From assembly GCA_038087875.1 (NCBI GenBank), contig CM075986.1, forward strand, positions 11,222,001-11,286,000: 64,000 nt of DNA, given 5' to 3'. The notes beneath the pieces were generated by a model that made no database searches, had not been told where the DNA came from, and saw only the letters and a program-made list of their open reading frames with translations. This DNA is from Malacoraja senta (lineage: Eukaryota). The position numbers and the translations under genes were made by a program. Below are positions 24,590 to 35,331 of the stretch, in pieces. The first letter of the stretch is position 1, and the number at the start of each line of letters is the position of its first letter.

Positions 24590-24967
24590 AGTTCTGCATG
24601 CGTGCACCGCATCCTCTAGCGATAACTCTGGCCGTCTCAGGAGCTCTGATCTGAGCTTTTGAACGGTGATACCATTCACTAAAATATCCCTCGTTAACTG
24701 ATCAGTCAACTGATCCAATGGCATTTCCTGAAATCGACTACGTTGGGCTAGATACATCAAAGAAGAAATAAATGAGTCAACTCGTTCCCCGGGAAGTTGA
24801 CGACGAGAGAAAAACCTTGCCCTGTCCAAAATGTGATTTGAGGGCAGGTCACAGATCTGGGACAGTTTACGCAGCAAAACATTAGGGTCAGTAGGAGACT
24901 CCGCCGGTGTAATTACCTGGTCATTGGCATCAAAGACAAGAGGCTCAGGCTTCCGACAAGTAGCCAT
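24590..24967 (-). pseudogene. gag: Inverted, internally deleted gag
   Basis: MATCRKPEPLVFDAN...RARFFSRRQLPGERVDSFISSL...RDILVNGI...LLRRPELSLEDAVHACR; zinc knuckle and protease absent. Confidence 0.85.
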
Positions 24968-25032
24968 CGTAAAGTAAAGCAAAACTCACAAAAGATAAAA
25001 TAAAAACCGTTATACAAGAGGAGTGGATAAGA

Positions 25033-25066
25033 CCACTTCTGACGCCATGTAAATCACATTAAACTG
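25033..25066 (-). promoter_or_regulatory. Inverted native PBS (15 nt) plus the last 19 nt of the LTR
   Basis: Reverse complement reads cagtttaatgtgatttaca-TGGCGTCAGAAGTGG-tct. Confidence 0.9.
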
Positions 25067-25109
25067 GCCATTCGGGATCAACTCTGCCAGTGAAGTCTTC
25101 CAAAGAACT

Positions 25110-27437
25110 ATGGAGCAATTATTCGAGGATCTGCCTTGTGCCATTATTGTCGATGATATCCTTGTCTATGGTAAAGACGTAGCAGAACATGACCACAATC
25201 TCAGGCTCATCTTGGAGCGTGCTGTCAAGATCAACCTCAAGTTCAATCCTGACAAGTGCAAGTTCAGGGTTCCAGTGGTCTCCTACGTCGGCCACATCTT
25301 CACCCCTGATGGCCTCAAACCGGATCCGAAGAAAACTACTGCCATCACAGAAATGCCTGCACCCACTGACGTGAAAGGCCTGCAACGTTTCCTGGGCATG
25401 GTAAACTATCTCGGAAAGTTCATACCAAACCTCAGCGAACTAAGCTCCACACTGCGGCAGCTGACAAAAAAGGACACTGCATGGTCATGGTTCCAGCAAC
25501 ATCAGGATGCCTTTGATGTTCTAAAATCCAAACTGACCAGTGCACCGACCCTGACTTTTTTCGACCTGAAACGTCCGGTGGTGATCACCTGCGATGCCTC
25601 GAAATTCGGGCTCGGTGCAGCCTGCCTGCAACCGTCTGATGATGGCACCCTACTACCTGTCGTGTATGCCTCTCGCACCATGACCGACACGGAGCAACAC
25701 TACACGCAAATCGAAAAGGAACTGCTGGCTGTCGTCTTTGCCTGCTCCAAATTCCACGACTTCGTCTATGGCAACATGTTCACGGTCGAGACGGACCATC
25801 AACCACTGGTGACAATCCTGAACAAGCCTATCCATGCCGCTCCAGCTTGCCTGCAGCGCATGATGATGCAGCTGCAGCGGTACGACTTCTCTATTACCTA
25901 CACAAAGGGTAAGGACATGCATGTCGCTGACACACTCTCTCGTGCTCCTCGAGCGTCTTGCGAACAACACCCGCATGAACGGGAGAATTTCACGGTTCTC
26001 GGTGTCGGTCTAATCTCCAGCAAGCAACTGCGCACTCTGGCCGCGCACACTGCTAATGATGATACGCTTCAAGCCCTCTCATCCATCATCAAAACAGGCT
26101 GGCCAGACAAACAATCCAACACGCCCACAGAGGTGCAGCCGTACTACTTGGTCCGTGATGAACTGGTGGTTCAGGATGGTGTGGTCGTTAAGGGTCACAA
26201 GGTAGTGGTACCTTCATCGCTACAAGACGAATACTTCAAAGAGGTACACAGCGGTCACCCAGGAGCCGACTCCACACTGGCACGCGCCCGGGATCTGTTC
26301 TACTGGCCCGGAATGGCCACGTACATCCAGGACCGCGTAGCCTCCTGCCCCACTTGCAACAATCTTGCGCCTCATCAGCAGCGGCAACCCCTTCTGCAAC
26401 AACCTCCACCAGCACTGTCTTGGTCGTCGCTGGCTGCGGACATTTTCGAATGGTGCGGTAAGCACTACCTCGTTCTGGTCGACACATTTTCCAACTGGTT
26501 TGAACTTGACCAACTGACCTCCCTCACGTCTGAGATGGTCATCAAGAAGCTGAAAAGACAATTCTCAGCCTATGGCATTCCTGTCCTTCTGAGAACCGAC
26601 AATGGTCCACAGTTCACCAGCCACTTGTTCAAGCTTTTCGCAGACCGATGGAACTTCCAGCACGTCACAAGCAGTCCCGAGTATCCACAGAGTAATGGAC
26701 TCGCTGAACGCGCTGTCAGAAGCGCCAAGCACTTGCTGGAGGGAGCGCGCATTTCAAAATCAGACGTTTATCTCGATCTCCTGAATCTCAGAAACATCGC
26801 AAGAGATGGAACCTTGGGGTCACCAGCACAGCGGCTGCTGTCGAGGGTGACGAGATCTCCGGTCCCCATCGCACAACAGCAGCTGGTTCCTCGGGTGTTG
26901 AAGCCCGCCACTATCCAGCAACGTCTCCAAGAGAAGCACGACATCCAGAAACGGTCATACGACAGTTCCAGCAGACCACTCCAGCCTCTACTGCCGGGCC
27001 AGGTCGTCCGTCTACGAACTCCAACTGGACATTCTCGTCTGGGGGTTGTTGTACGCCCGACTGATGAGCCGCGATCGTACCTTGTGGACTGTGAGGGAGC
27101 GGTATACCGGAGAAGTCGACAACACCTGCTTGCTGTGAAGGAGCCCAGACTACCGCCTGCTGATCCCTATGCTCCGCCGCTCCAGTTCCAGCCGCCTTCC
27201 GCAATGTCTCCCGCCCGTCCCCGCATGCCTGGCACCCCCCCACGTTCCTCTGTCTCCACTAACCACGGGGTTACACCCACCGCATGTTTCCCCCCTCGGT
27301 CACCACAATCCTCTCCCGTGCGATTTTCACCTTCAGCCTCTACGCCTAATCCTTCAGTTGAGGGAGGGGATGGTTGGGTCCGCACGCGCTCGGGCCATGT
27401 TAGTAGACCACCAGACAGGTATGGCGAGTATGTTTAA
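25110..27437 (+). CDS. pol: N-terminally truncated Gypsy Pol: RT C-half, RNase H, integrase (775 aa, open)
   Basis: PFGINSASEVFQ just upstream; IVDDILV (RT); CDASKFG, EKELLA, TDHQPL, ADTLSR (RNase H); HSGHPG..CPTC zinc finger; ADIF, TDNGPQF, SNGLAERAV (DDE); C-terminal RTRSG..PDRY. The first RT catalytic Asp region is missing. Confidence 0.9.
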   Translation: MEQLFEDLPCAIIVDDILVYGKDVAEHDHNLRLILERAVKINLKFNPDKCKFRVPVVSYVGHIFTPDGLKPDPKKTTAITEMPAPTDVKGLQRFLGMVNYLGKFIPNLSELSSTLRQLTKKDTAWSWFQQHQDAFDVLKSKLTSAPTLTFFDLKRPVVITCDASKFGLGAACLQPSDDGTLLPVVYASRTMTDTEQHYTQIEKELLAVVFACSKFHDFVYGNMFTVETDHQPLVTILNKPIHAAPACLQRMMMQLQRYDFSITYTKGKDMHVADTLSRAPRASCEQHPHERENFTVLGVGLISSKQLRTLAAHTANDDTLQALSSIIKTGWPDKQSNTPTEVQPYYLVRDELVVQDGVVVKGHKVVVPSSLQDEYFKEVHSGHPGADSTLARARDLFYWPGMATYIQDRVASCPTCNNLAPHQQRQPLLQQPPPALSWSSLAADIFEWCGKHYLVLVDTFSNWFELDQLTSLTSEMVIKKLKRQFSAYGIPVLLRTDNGPQFTSHLFKLFADRWNFQHVTSSPEYPQSNGLAERAVRSAKHLLEGARISKSDVYLDLLNLRNIARDGTLGSPAQRLLSRVTRSPVPIAQQQLVPRVLKPATIQQRLQEKHDIQKRSYDSSSRPLQPLLPGQVVRLRTPTGHSRLGVVVRPTDEPRSYLVDCEGAVYRRSRQHLLAVKEPRLPPADPYAPPLQFQPPSAMSPARPRMPGTPPRSSVSTNHGVTPTACFPPRSPQSSPVRFSPSASTPNPSVEGGDGWVRTRSGHVSRPPDRYGEYV

Positions 27438-27464
27438 TACACTTCCTTTCCACATTTAATCTTT

Positions 27465-27475
27465 AGGGGGAAGGA
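27465..27475 (+). promoter_or_regulatory. Polypurine tract
   Basis: agggggaagga directly before the 3' LTR. Confidence 0.9.
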
Positions 27476-27681
27476 TGTAGATTGATGATGCATGTGAATC
27501 AATCACACTTAGCCAGCATCACTAACTCCACCCCATTATAACATTTATACTAACGCCCATTCCCAGCACCGTTAGTTGAAGCAGCTAGGATGAACTGACA
27601 ACACCTCGTTTTGTAATGCTGCCAAGTTACTGTGCTGATTAAAGATGTGTGTAAATCTTATACAGTTTAATGTGATTTACA
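27476..27681 (+). repeat. 3' LTR
   Basis: 206 bp, TG...CA. Confidence 0.95.
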
Positions 27682-28154
27682 GAAGCTTCCTCCAGATTTT
27701 ACCACTGATGGAGACACTCAAGGTAATCTATGTTGGCCTCTTAACCTGCAAGCATTTGGGATGGGGGACGAAGTGAGTGCACCCAGGGACAAACCCAAGA
27801 TGTAATGTGCAGCACATGCAATAATAATTCCCATGACAATTGAGAAAGGAATTGGATGTTCAGCTGAGGAAGGATCCCAACCCGAAACGTCACCCATCCT
27901 TTCTCCAGAGATGCTTCCTGACCTGCTGAGTATCTCCAGCACTTTGTGTCTATCTTAGGAATAGCTGGGCTCAAATGGTCGAGCAGCTTGCTCTAGTCAT
28001 TGATTATTATTATTGCATGTGCTGCACATTACATCTTGGGTTTGTCCCTGGGTGCACTCACTTCGTCCCCCATCCCAAATGCTTGCAGGTTAAGAGGCCA
28101 ACATAGATTACCTTGAGTGTCTCCATCAGTGGTAAAATCTGGAGGAAGCTTCTG
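27680..28154. repeat. Perfect 149-bp inverted repeat (27680-27828 / 28006-28154) with 177-bp spacer
   Basis: Arms identical by manual comparison; the spacer holds an older PLE/hammerhead fragment (~27861-27957). Confidence 0.9.
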
Positions 28155-28774
28155 GGGAAAAAGGGGAGAATAAAAAATGGTTCAGATGCTCAATAGTCTA
28201 AATGGTTACTTGATGGTTAATTCTGATCTGGTTGGCCAAAAGACGTTGCCACACTGCACGCCACTCTCTCTTTGTTTTTTTGTTTCTTCCTGTAAAATGT
28301 AACTGGTACCGTTCCAATGCCTAACTCTGATAGCAAGCTAAACAAAAATATACCATGCATTCAATTTATTTTTCTTTTAAGTAAAATGATACTGATCGAA
28401 AAGGTTACGTAAAAGCTTTATTAGTATTTTGGAAGTGCATACCTACAGGCAATGATTGGCATGATTGCCATTATCATAAGTTGAAGAGACCCATCTCACA
28501 GTCAAAGGAATTATAGTGAAAATACTTTTCGTGAAAATGTTTTTTTACTCCTTCAAATTTTACACCTGCTTCCTACCTGCACCTTAACAAAATGCATTAT
28601 TGTAACATATCCTGTAAGTTTTTTTGCCTCAGGGATATTTACACCACAATTTCTCATACAGTACTGCATCACATTGTGGACCATGTATCCGTTAAAATCC
28701 CCACTCCTGCTGTTTAGGGTTCGTGAATTTTTAAACAGGAATAAGCTATTGTCAGGATAAATATTGATTTTGGT

Positions 28775-29092
28775 TTAGCTTAGTTTCGTTTATCGTCACG
28801 TGTACCGAGGTACAGTGAAAAGCTTTTGTTGCATGCCAACCAGTCAGCGGAAAGGCACTACATGATTACAAGCGACTTTGAGTCCTGAAAAGCGCTATAT
28901 AAATAAAATGTATTATTATTATTATTATTATTCAAGCCATCCACAGAGTACAGATTCATGATAAAATAAATAATGTTTAGTGCAAGATAAAGTCCAGTAA
29001 AGTCCGATTAAAGATAGTCCGAGAGGCTCCAATGAGATAGATAGTAGCTCAGGACTGCTCTCTAGTTGTTGGTAGGATGGTTCAGTTGCCTG
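28775..29092 (-). mobile_element. Rex-type LINE 3' end with an inserted L2-type tail (~28871-28931, + strand)
   Basis: Reverse of the tttcactgtacctcggtacacgtgac tail; the insert is agcgactttgag...aaagcgctatataaat(att)n. Confidence 0.65.
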
Positions 29093-29222
29093 AATTATTA
29101 GAATTGTTTTTGTGAATGAAATAATGTTGCTGCTGCTTCAGGATGTTTCTGCAGTCAATGGATGTCTGTAGCTCACATTCTCCAGAACAATATGGAAGTT
29201 GAAGAGAGTCAACCCTAACCAA

Positions 29223-29535
29223 TGGTGGCACAGTGGCGCCACTGGTAGAGCTGTAGCCATAGTGCCAAAGACCCGAGTTAGATGACCTCAGGTGGTGTCT
29301 GCGTGGAGTTTGCACGTTCTCCTATTACTGCGTGGGTTTCCTCCGGATGCCCAATTTCCTTGCCAAATCCCTAAAGCATGTGGATTTGCAGTTTAATTGG
29401 CTTCTGTAAAATTGGCTCTGATGTGCAGGGAGTGAATGAGAAAGTGGGATAACATAGAACTAGTGTGAACTAGTTCAATGGTCAGCGTGAACATGGTGGG
29501 TGCAATGGCTTGTTTTAATGCTGCATCTCTAAACT
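29223..29535 (+). mobile_element. Older HE1-like SINE
   Basis: Diverged head, core and tail. Confidence 0.75.
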
Positions 29536-30235
29536 GAGGGGGTCAAGGAAAGAGCGTTCACGATCTCTAAACTAAACTCTTACCTGTAATTCAGACATTT
29601 AGTGTCACTAACATCCAAGAGGAAGAACCAATTAGTCCAAATTTCCCCAGATATTGGCCCAAGGCATGTTGAATTAAAAAAAGAAACATTAACAATAAAT
29701 CAGAATTATTTTACTGTCACGCTATCATTCCTGACAACTCCTTTCTCAGTCTGCTGATCAACATATCGTATCATCCTCTCACTTGTAATGTTGCAATTAG
29801 AGTGTTTTGAATCTTTGGAATTCTTTAGCCCAGACAGCTGTGAAGGCCAACTCACTGAATATATTTGAGGTTAAGATTAGCAACTATTGGTCTGTGGAGA
29901 AGTCAAAGCTTTTGGGGAACAAGCTTGGAAGTTAAATAACCAATTCTTGAAAACATAAAAATTAAATGTTCTACAAGACACTCAAGAGAGTACAGAAATA
30001 AATTCTGAAGAAATCAATTCTGGTTCTCCCGTGATTCTTTGACAAGCTCTTTCAATGCTTTAACTCCGTCAAGTTATTTCTTACTCTACTATTAAGCATT
30101 TCCGTGCAATGCGTAACATTCACTTTGACCATAGCTGTGAGGTCCAGTAGAAATTTCAAACAGTGCCACAACACTTTGGCAAGTGTTGGGAAGAGAAAAA
30201 ATACAGTTCATAAACCTCCAAACAATCTAGCTTCA

Positions 30236-30531
30236 TGAGATCAGCTTGCCCATACATTGACACTGTATACTGAGATAGCTTGTCTGTACATTAACTCTGT
30301 ACACTGAGATAGCTTGTCTGTACATTAACTCTGTACACTGAGATAGCTTGTCTGTACATTCACACTGTATACTGAGGTAGCTTGCATGTACATTAACTCT
30401 GTACACTGAGGCAGCTTGCATGTACATTGACACTGTATACTGAGATAGCTTGCATGGACATTGACACTGTACAGTGAGACAGTTTGCCTGCATATTGACA
30501 CTGTACACCAAGATAGTTTGTCTGTACATTG
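30236..30531. repeat. 34-bp minisatellite, ~8.7 copies
   Basis: Unit tgagatagcttgtctgtacattaactctgtacac starting at 30271, 30305, 30339, 30373, 30407, 30441 and 30475, plus flanking variant copies. Confidence 0.9.
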
Positions 30532-31257
30532 CTTGCAGCCAAAGACAGCTGCCAACTCAGAGCACCTATGATGGTTCAGTGGTGTCAATGCAATGTCCAT
30601 GGTACCACAGGTGTCCGCTATGAAATTTGTCATTGCCTTCAAGTTGTCTCCACATGCTTGGGTTGATTGAAGAATAGGATCTTTGAAGATCAAGATCTCC
30701 AATACCCCCACTAAATGCATGGTCCATTTTCCAGCAATGGACTCAAAATGAACCAGGCCTTAACTCAAATTAGTGGTTGGGGACAAGTGGCAATAGGGGG
30801 GGGTGGGGAGGGGAGGAGTCACATTTTGTAATGCTGTGGATTTTGTTTTGTACTAATCAGTGTAAATAAAATAAAGATCGAAGAATGAAGCAGCATCTGT
30901 GAAGGCAAAAGGTGCTCGTTAAAGTTTCAGGTCAGGACTGATGCGACGTCTCAACCCAACACACCAACGTACAAATTTTGCCTAAATTGATGCTGCCTTA
31001 TCCACTGAGTTCCTCCTGTGGCTGTTCTTTGTTCCACAGTCCAGCATCTGCAGTTTATTTTGTTTTAATAACTTCACGGCTCACTGTTGTGCAAGGCTAA
31101 CCAGAAAGAAAAAATGCCAAATCATTATCACGTTGACACAAGTCAGGTTGTCCGTGTTGTCAAAGATCAAGAGTCTATAACAATTGCAAACTATGCATCT
31201 GGACAAAAATAAGAACAATAAAAAATTGCAATACATCTCAAGGATTGCCAGTGCACT

Positions 31258-31301
31258 ATTCATTCATTCATTCATTCATTCATTCATTCATTCAATCATT
31301 C
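31258..31301. repeat. (CATT)n microsatellite
   Basis: Direct observation. Confidence 0.95.
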
Positions 31302-31867
31302 AGGAGTGAGCTAAACATCCGTCTTTCAACCTGAGGACATGGGTTGAATATTGGTGTAAAATTCTTCAGATTTGCCAAATTGGTTTAAATCTAGTTTTTT
31401 AGGTGAACCATATTTCAGCTGAAGAGAGACATAACGTTCTGGAGCAACACAGTGGGTCAGGCACCTGTTCCTTTCCTCCAGAGATGCTGCCTGACCTGCT
31501 GAGTATAAACCAGCATCTGCAGTTCCTTCCGACACCTTTATTTCACCTTTTTGATTCACTTGATTCCTCTGTATTTTTTTAATTGCTGAGCCACTTTTCC
31601 ACACCGATTATCTTTCCCTATGTCAATACTGGACAACTTCTTAGCACGTTTTGTATTGGTGCTTTTAATGCAGTTAAAGAATGCTCGTCAATTCGTAAAA
31701 TTAAATTTCATAACATGTACTAAATGTGATGGAAATTAAACACAATAATAAGTACAGCTAACAATCATAAATAGATTGGGAACACCAAACCAGCAATCAA
31801 AAAAGTGTGAACAAAATTTGTGGTTGCAATCTCTCTACATACTGAACAATTAGTGCTAACAGTACCG

Positions 31868-32107
31868 TTTTGAGCCGGTCCCGTCATCTCATTTTCACCC
31901 TACAGCCTGTTTCCTTTATCATCGTTACTTTTTTGCATATCTTTTATTCATTTTTCTTTATCTCTTCACATCATCGTCTATATCTCTCATTTCCCTTATC
32001 CCTAACCAGTCTGAAGAAGGGTCTCGACCCGAAACATCACCCATTCCTTCTCTCCAGAGATGCTGCCTGTCCCGCTGAGCTACTCCAGCTTTTTTTGTCT
32101 ATCTTCA
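31868..32107 (+). mobile_element. Penelope-like 3' region with mutated hammerhead (32011-32038)
   Basis: CTGAAGAagggtctcgacccGAAACaTC; homologous to 62760-63017. Confidence 0.8.
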
Positions 32108-32795
32108 CAAAGTCCTGTTGGTTTTTGACTAAGTTCAGAAAGAAAGGTTATCTTTATTTGAGTAAATGCCACTGGACAGATAGGACAACAGGAAGAGAGG
32201 GAATGTACCCTTAGGGAAGGAAACATGAAGCAGCACAACAATATGTAGGTCAAAAATTGATTCAAAGTCAAAGCAGATTATTTTCCAAATAGTATTTACA
32301 AAAACATTTTTCAGAAAAACCAATGGCCTGGAATTTGCAACAAAAATAGCTCTGACAAGAAGAAAATGTCTGTAGTAAACACATGCAACATAACACACTG
32401 GAATCTAAGTCACCATTAAGACTTTTTCGGATCTTGAATGTGTTATTCTAGCCTTCACTGCACAATCAGTCCAGAATCAGTGAAATCATACATTTTTTTT
32501 CCTCCTGTTTTTATTTCTGAAGCATTCACCCTGCGAAAAGCACGAAAACTTACATCCACATGAATGTGATGTGCTTATTTTGTGGCGAGGGCACAGGTTT
32601 GGTTTTTGAGCAACCTTTCTGGATTTTCATAAACAAACATGCATGTTAACTGAATGACAAATGTCTGTGTATTTAAGAAAATTAAAGCTAATTTATGATA
32701 TTTGTATTTTCCACTTAAATATGTGTATACCCTAAACTTTATTTTGCTTCCTGTTAAATATTTAACAAGTTAGAAGTTGGTGCGTTTACTTTTTA

Positions 32796-33063
32796 GGGGA
32801 GGCACAGTGGCGCAGCGGTAGAGTTGCTGCCTTACAGCGCCAGAGACCCGGATTCGATCCAGACTCCGGGTGCTGTGATCGCGTGGGTTTTCTCCAGGAC
32901 CCACACCCCAAAGACGTGCAGGTTTGTAAGCTTATTGGCTTCTGTAAATTGCTCCTCAGTGTAGGATGCAAAAGTAGGATAACATCGAACTTAGTGAGTG
33001 GGTGATCGATGTTCGGCATGGACTCAGTGGGCCGAAGGGCCTGTTTCCATGTTGCATCTCAAA
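32796..33063 (+). mobile_element. HE1-like SINE
   Basis: Head, core with deletions, tail. Confidence 0.85.
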
Positions 33064-33635
33064 AACTCTGTGGTTTATGGTTTTAGAATTCTTCCATCTA
33101 ATTGGTTTATTTAGTTTAGTTTGTTGTCACGTGTACTAAGGTACATAGAAAAGCTTTTGTTGCGTGCGGAAAGACTAAACATGATTACAATCAAGCCATC
33201 CAGAGAGTACAGACACATGATAAAGGGAATAAGGTTTAGTGTAAGGCTAGTTAGTCAGTTTAATGATATTGTCGTTGCTTGATGCCACAGGTCCTCCAAA
33301 GGTAGCTCCTGATTGCAACAGACATCCATAAAGGGGACATCCATCCCGGGATGTTTCTCTGTAGTCAGTGACAGGTGTTGTTGCTGGGCTAATACCTATT
33401 TGCTTTTTCACCGTAAAAATCTCAAATTTCAATCTTCTGTCATGAACACATGATAAAGAATAGATCAACAGTCTTCTTCTAAATCTGTACATCTGTACAC
33501 ACTGCAGATAATATCCCAGTTGCCCTTGAATGTTAAGAATTTCAGCGTTCACCTTTGCAAATGAGGTTGACAAATGGTCACCTATCATTTCTACCATAAC
33601 GTGGATGAAGTGAAACAACTTATCTATGCATCCAT

Positions 33636-33922
33636 GGGCAGCACAGTGGTGCAGCGGTAGAGTTGCTGCCTTACAGTGACAGAGACCCGGGGACGGTCTT
33701 GATTATGGATGCTGTCTGGCCGGAGTTTGTACGTTCTCCCTGGGACCACGTGGGTTTTCTCCGGATGCTCCCGTTTCCCCCTACATTCCAAAGATGTGCA
33801 GGTTTGTAGGTTCTATAAATTGTTCCTAGAGTGTAGGATAGAGCTAGTGTATGGGGTGATTGTCGATCAGCGCTGACTCAGTGGGCCAAAGGGCCTGTTT
33901 CCACACTGTATCTCCAAACTAA
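33636..33922 (+). mobile_element. HE1-like SINE
   Basis: Head, core and tail similarity. Confidence 0.85.
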
Positions 33923-34184
33923 TAGCGTTGATTGTCTCCTGGATGTTATTTGAAAATATTGTACACACATTTCAGATCAAATAATTTGAAGCAAATTATA
34001 TTCTGGAGATAATAATAATAATAATAGATTTTATTTATATAGATGGATACACAAAAGACTGCAAATGCTGGAACATTAAGCAAAAAACTAAACTGCTGGA
34101 GAAACTCAGTGGGTCAGGCAGTATCCATGGATGGAAATGGATAGATGACATTTGGAATCAGAACCTTTCTTTAAGACTGGATCT

Positions 34185-34616
34185 TAAAGGGCAGGGGAGA
34201 TGCACTGGAGATCCTTCCCTTCAGAAGAGAATTTAAGCTGAGACCTCTGTAGAAGGGTCTCGACCCAAAACAATACCCATTCCTTCTATCCAGAGATGCT
34301 GCCTGACCCGCTGAGTCACTCCAGCATTTTGTGTCTGTCGTCGGTGTGAACCAGCATCTGCAGTTCCTTCCCACACACCTCATCTGCCCTTTCAGGTTGT
34401 TAGAAAAGATGACTATTTGAAGACTAAAGATGACAGAAAAGAGTTTCAGGGAAGAACAAAGCAATTCTCTCCCTGTGTTCTGGCCAATGTTCATCACTCA
34501 ATTGATTTTCTCTGAAGCAGATTGTCTCATTACTGTCATTAGAAGCGTGCCGTACACAAATGGGCTGCCATGTTGTAATATTACCACATTAACTACACGA
34601 TTAAAGCTCATTGGCC
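34185..34616 (+). mobile_element. Old DeuSINE (SacSINE1-like), interrupted by a PLE piece (~34248-34376)
   Basis: ctgccctttcaggt...ctatttgaag...tctccctgtgttctggccaatgttcatc...cacaaatgggctgcc resembles the Deu domain as recalled. Confidence 0.6.
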
Positions 34617-35050
34617 CACTCTGAGAATACAATAGACAATAGGTGCAGGAGTAGGCCATTCGGCCCTTCGAGCCAGCACCGCCATTCAATATGATCATGG
34701 CAAAATATACCATTTAATGCAAAACACCTTTGTTTTCCTAATGCCTTGTTCATTTCCTTATGCTAATTCACAATGTGTTATCTTTATTGACACATTCTTG
34801 ATATTGTCAAGAATGCCTGGTCCAAACAAGCTGCTGCACATCCCTCTGGAAACACTGAATAGACCTGAAAAACAAAACACTGCAATGCTGGCAGCTTGAT
34901 TTTTTTTAAATATCCCACTTAAGAAGTTGTTTTCAATCCCACTTCTTAAGCCAGTGACCCATGGCAGCCAATTGACATTAAATTGTTCCCTCTGTCACTC
35001 CACTGGCCTTTTCATCAAAATATACTGGCCAGCAACCTGGATTCACACAC

Positions 35051-35331
35051 TGGTAGAGTGGTAGAGTTGCTGCTCTACAGCGCCAGAGACCCGGATTCAA
35101 TCTTGACTACGGGTGCCGTATGTGCGGAGTTTGCACATACTCCCCGTGACCTGTGTGGGGTTTCTCCAGGATCTCCAGTTTCCTCCCACACTCCAGACAT
35201 GCAGCTTTGTAGGTTAATTGGCTTGGTATAATTGTAAATTGTCCCTCGTGTGTATAGGGTGGTATTAGGGTGCGGGGATTGTTTGTCGATGCTGATTTCC
35301 ATGCTGTATCTCTCAACTAAAATAAACTAAA
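35051..35331 (+). mobile_element. HE1-like SINE
   Basis: Similarity to other copies. Confidence 0.85.

Larger units (their letters stand above)
24049..27681 (+). mobile_element. Ty3/Gypsy LTR retrotransposon (Mag-like), rearranged, 3633 bp
   Basis: Two 206-bp TG...CA LTRs, PBS, PPT, and RT-RH-IN domain order; no TSD (agacc vs gaagc). Confidence 0.95.

Noticed and set aside
25110-27437. Domesticated integrase or host gene
   Set aside because: Still flanked by 97.6%-identical LTRs and a PPT; youth alone can explain the open frame.
27680-28154. Long-TIR MITE (Tc1-like CAG...CTG ends)
   Set aside because: TA only on the left (part of the LTR) and GG on the right; perfect arms around an old diverged interior fit a local duplication better.
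30236-30531. CRISPR-like periodicity
   Set aside because: Contiguous 34-bp units with no unique spacers, no cas genes, eukaryotic context.
33247-33618. 123-aa ORF with an RDGCPL motif
   Set aside because: Only a faint resemblance to the RT motif RQGCPL; no supporting motifs.
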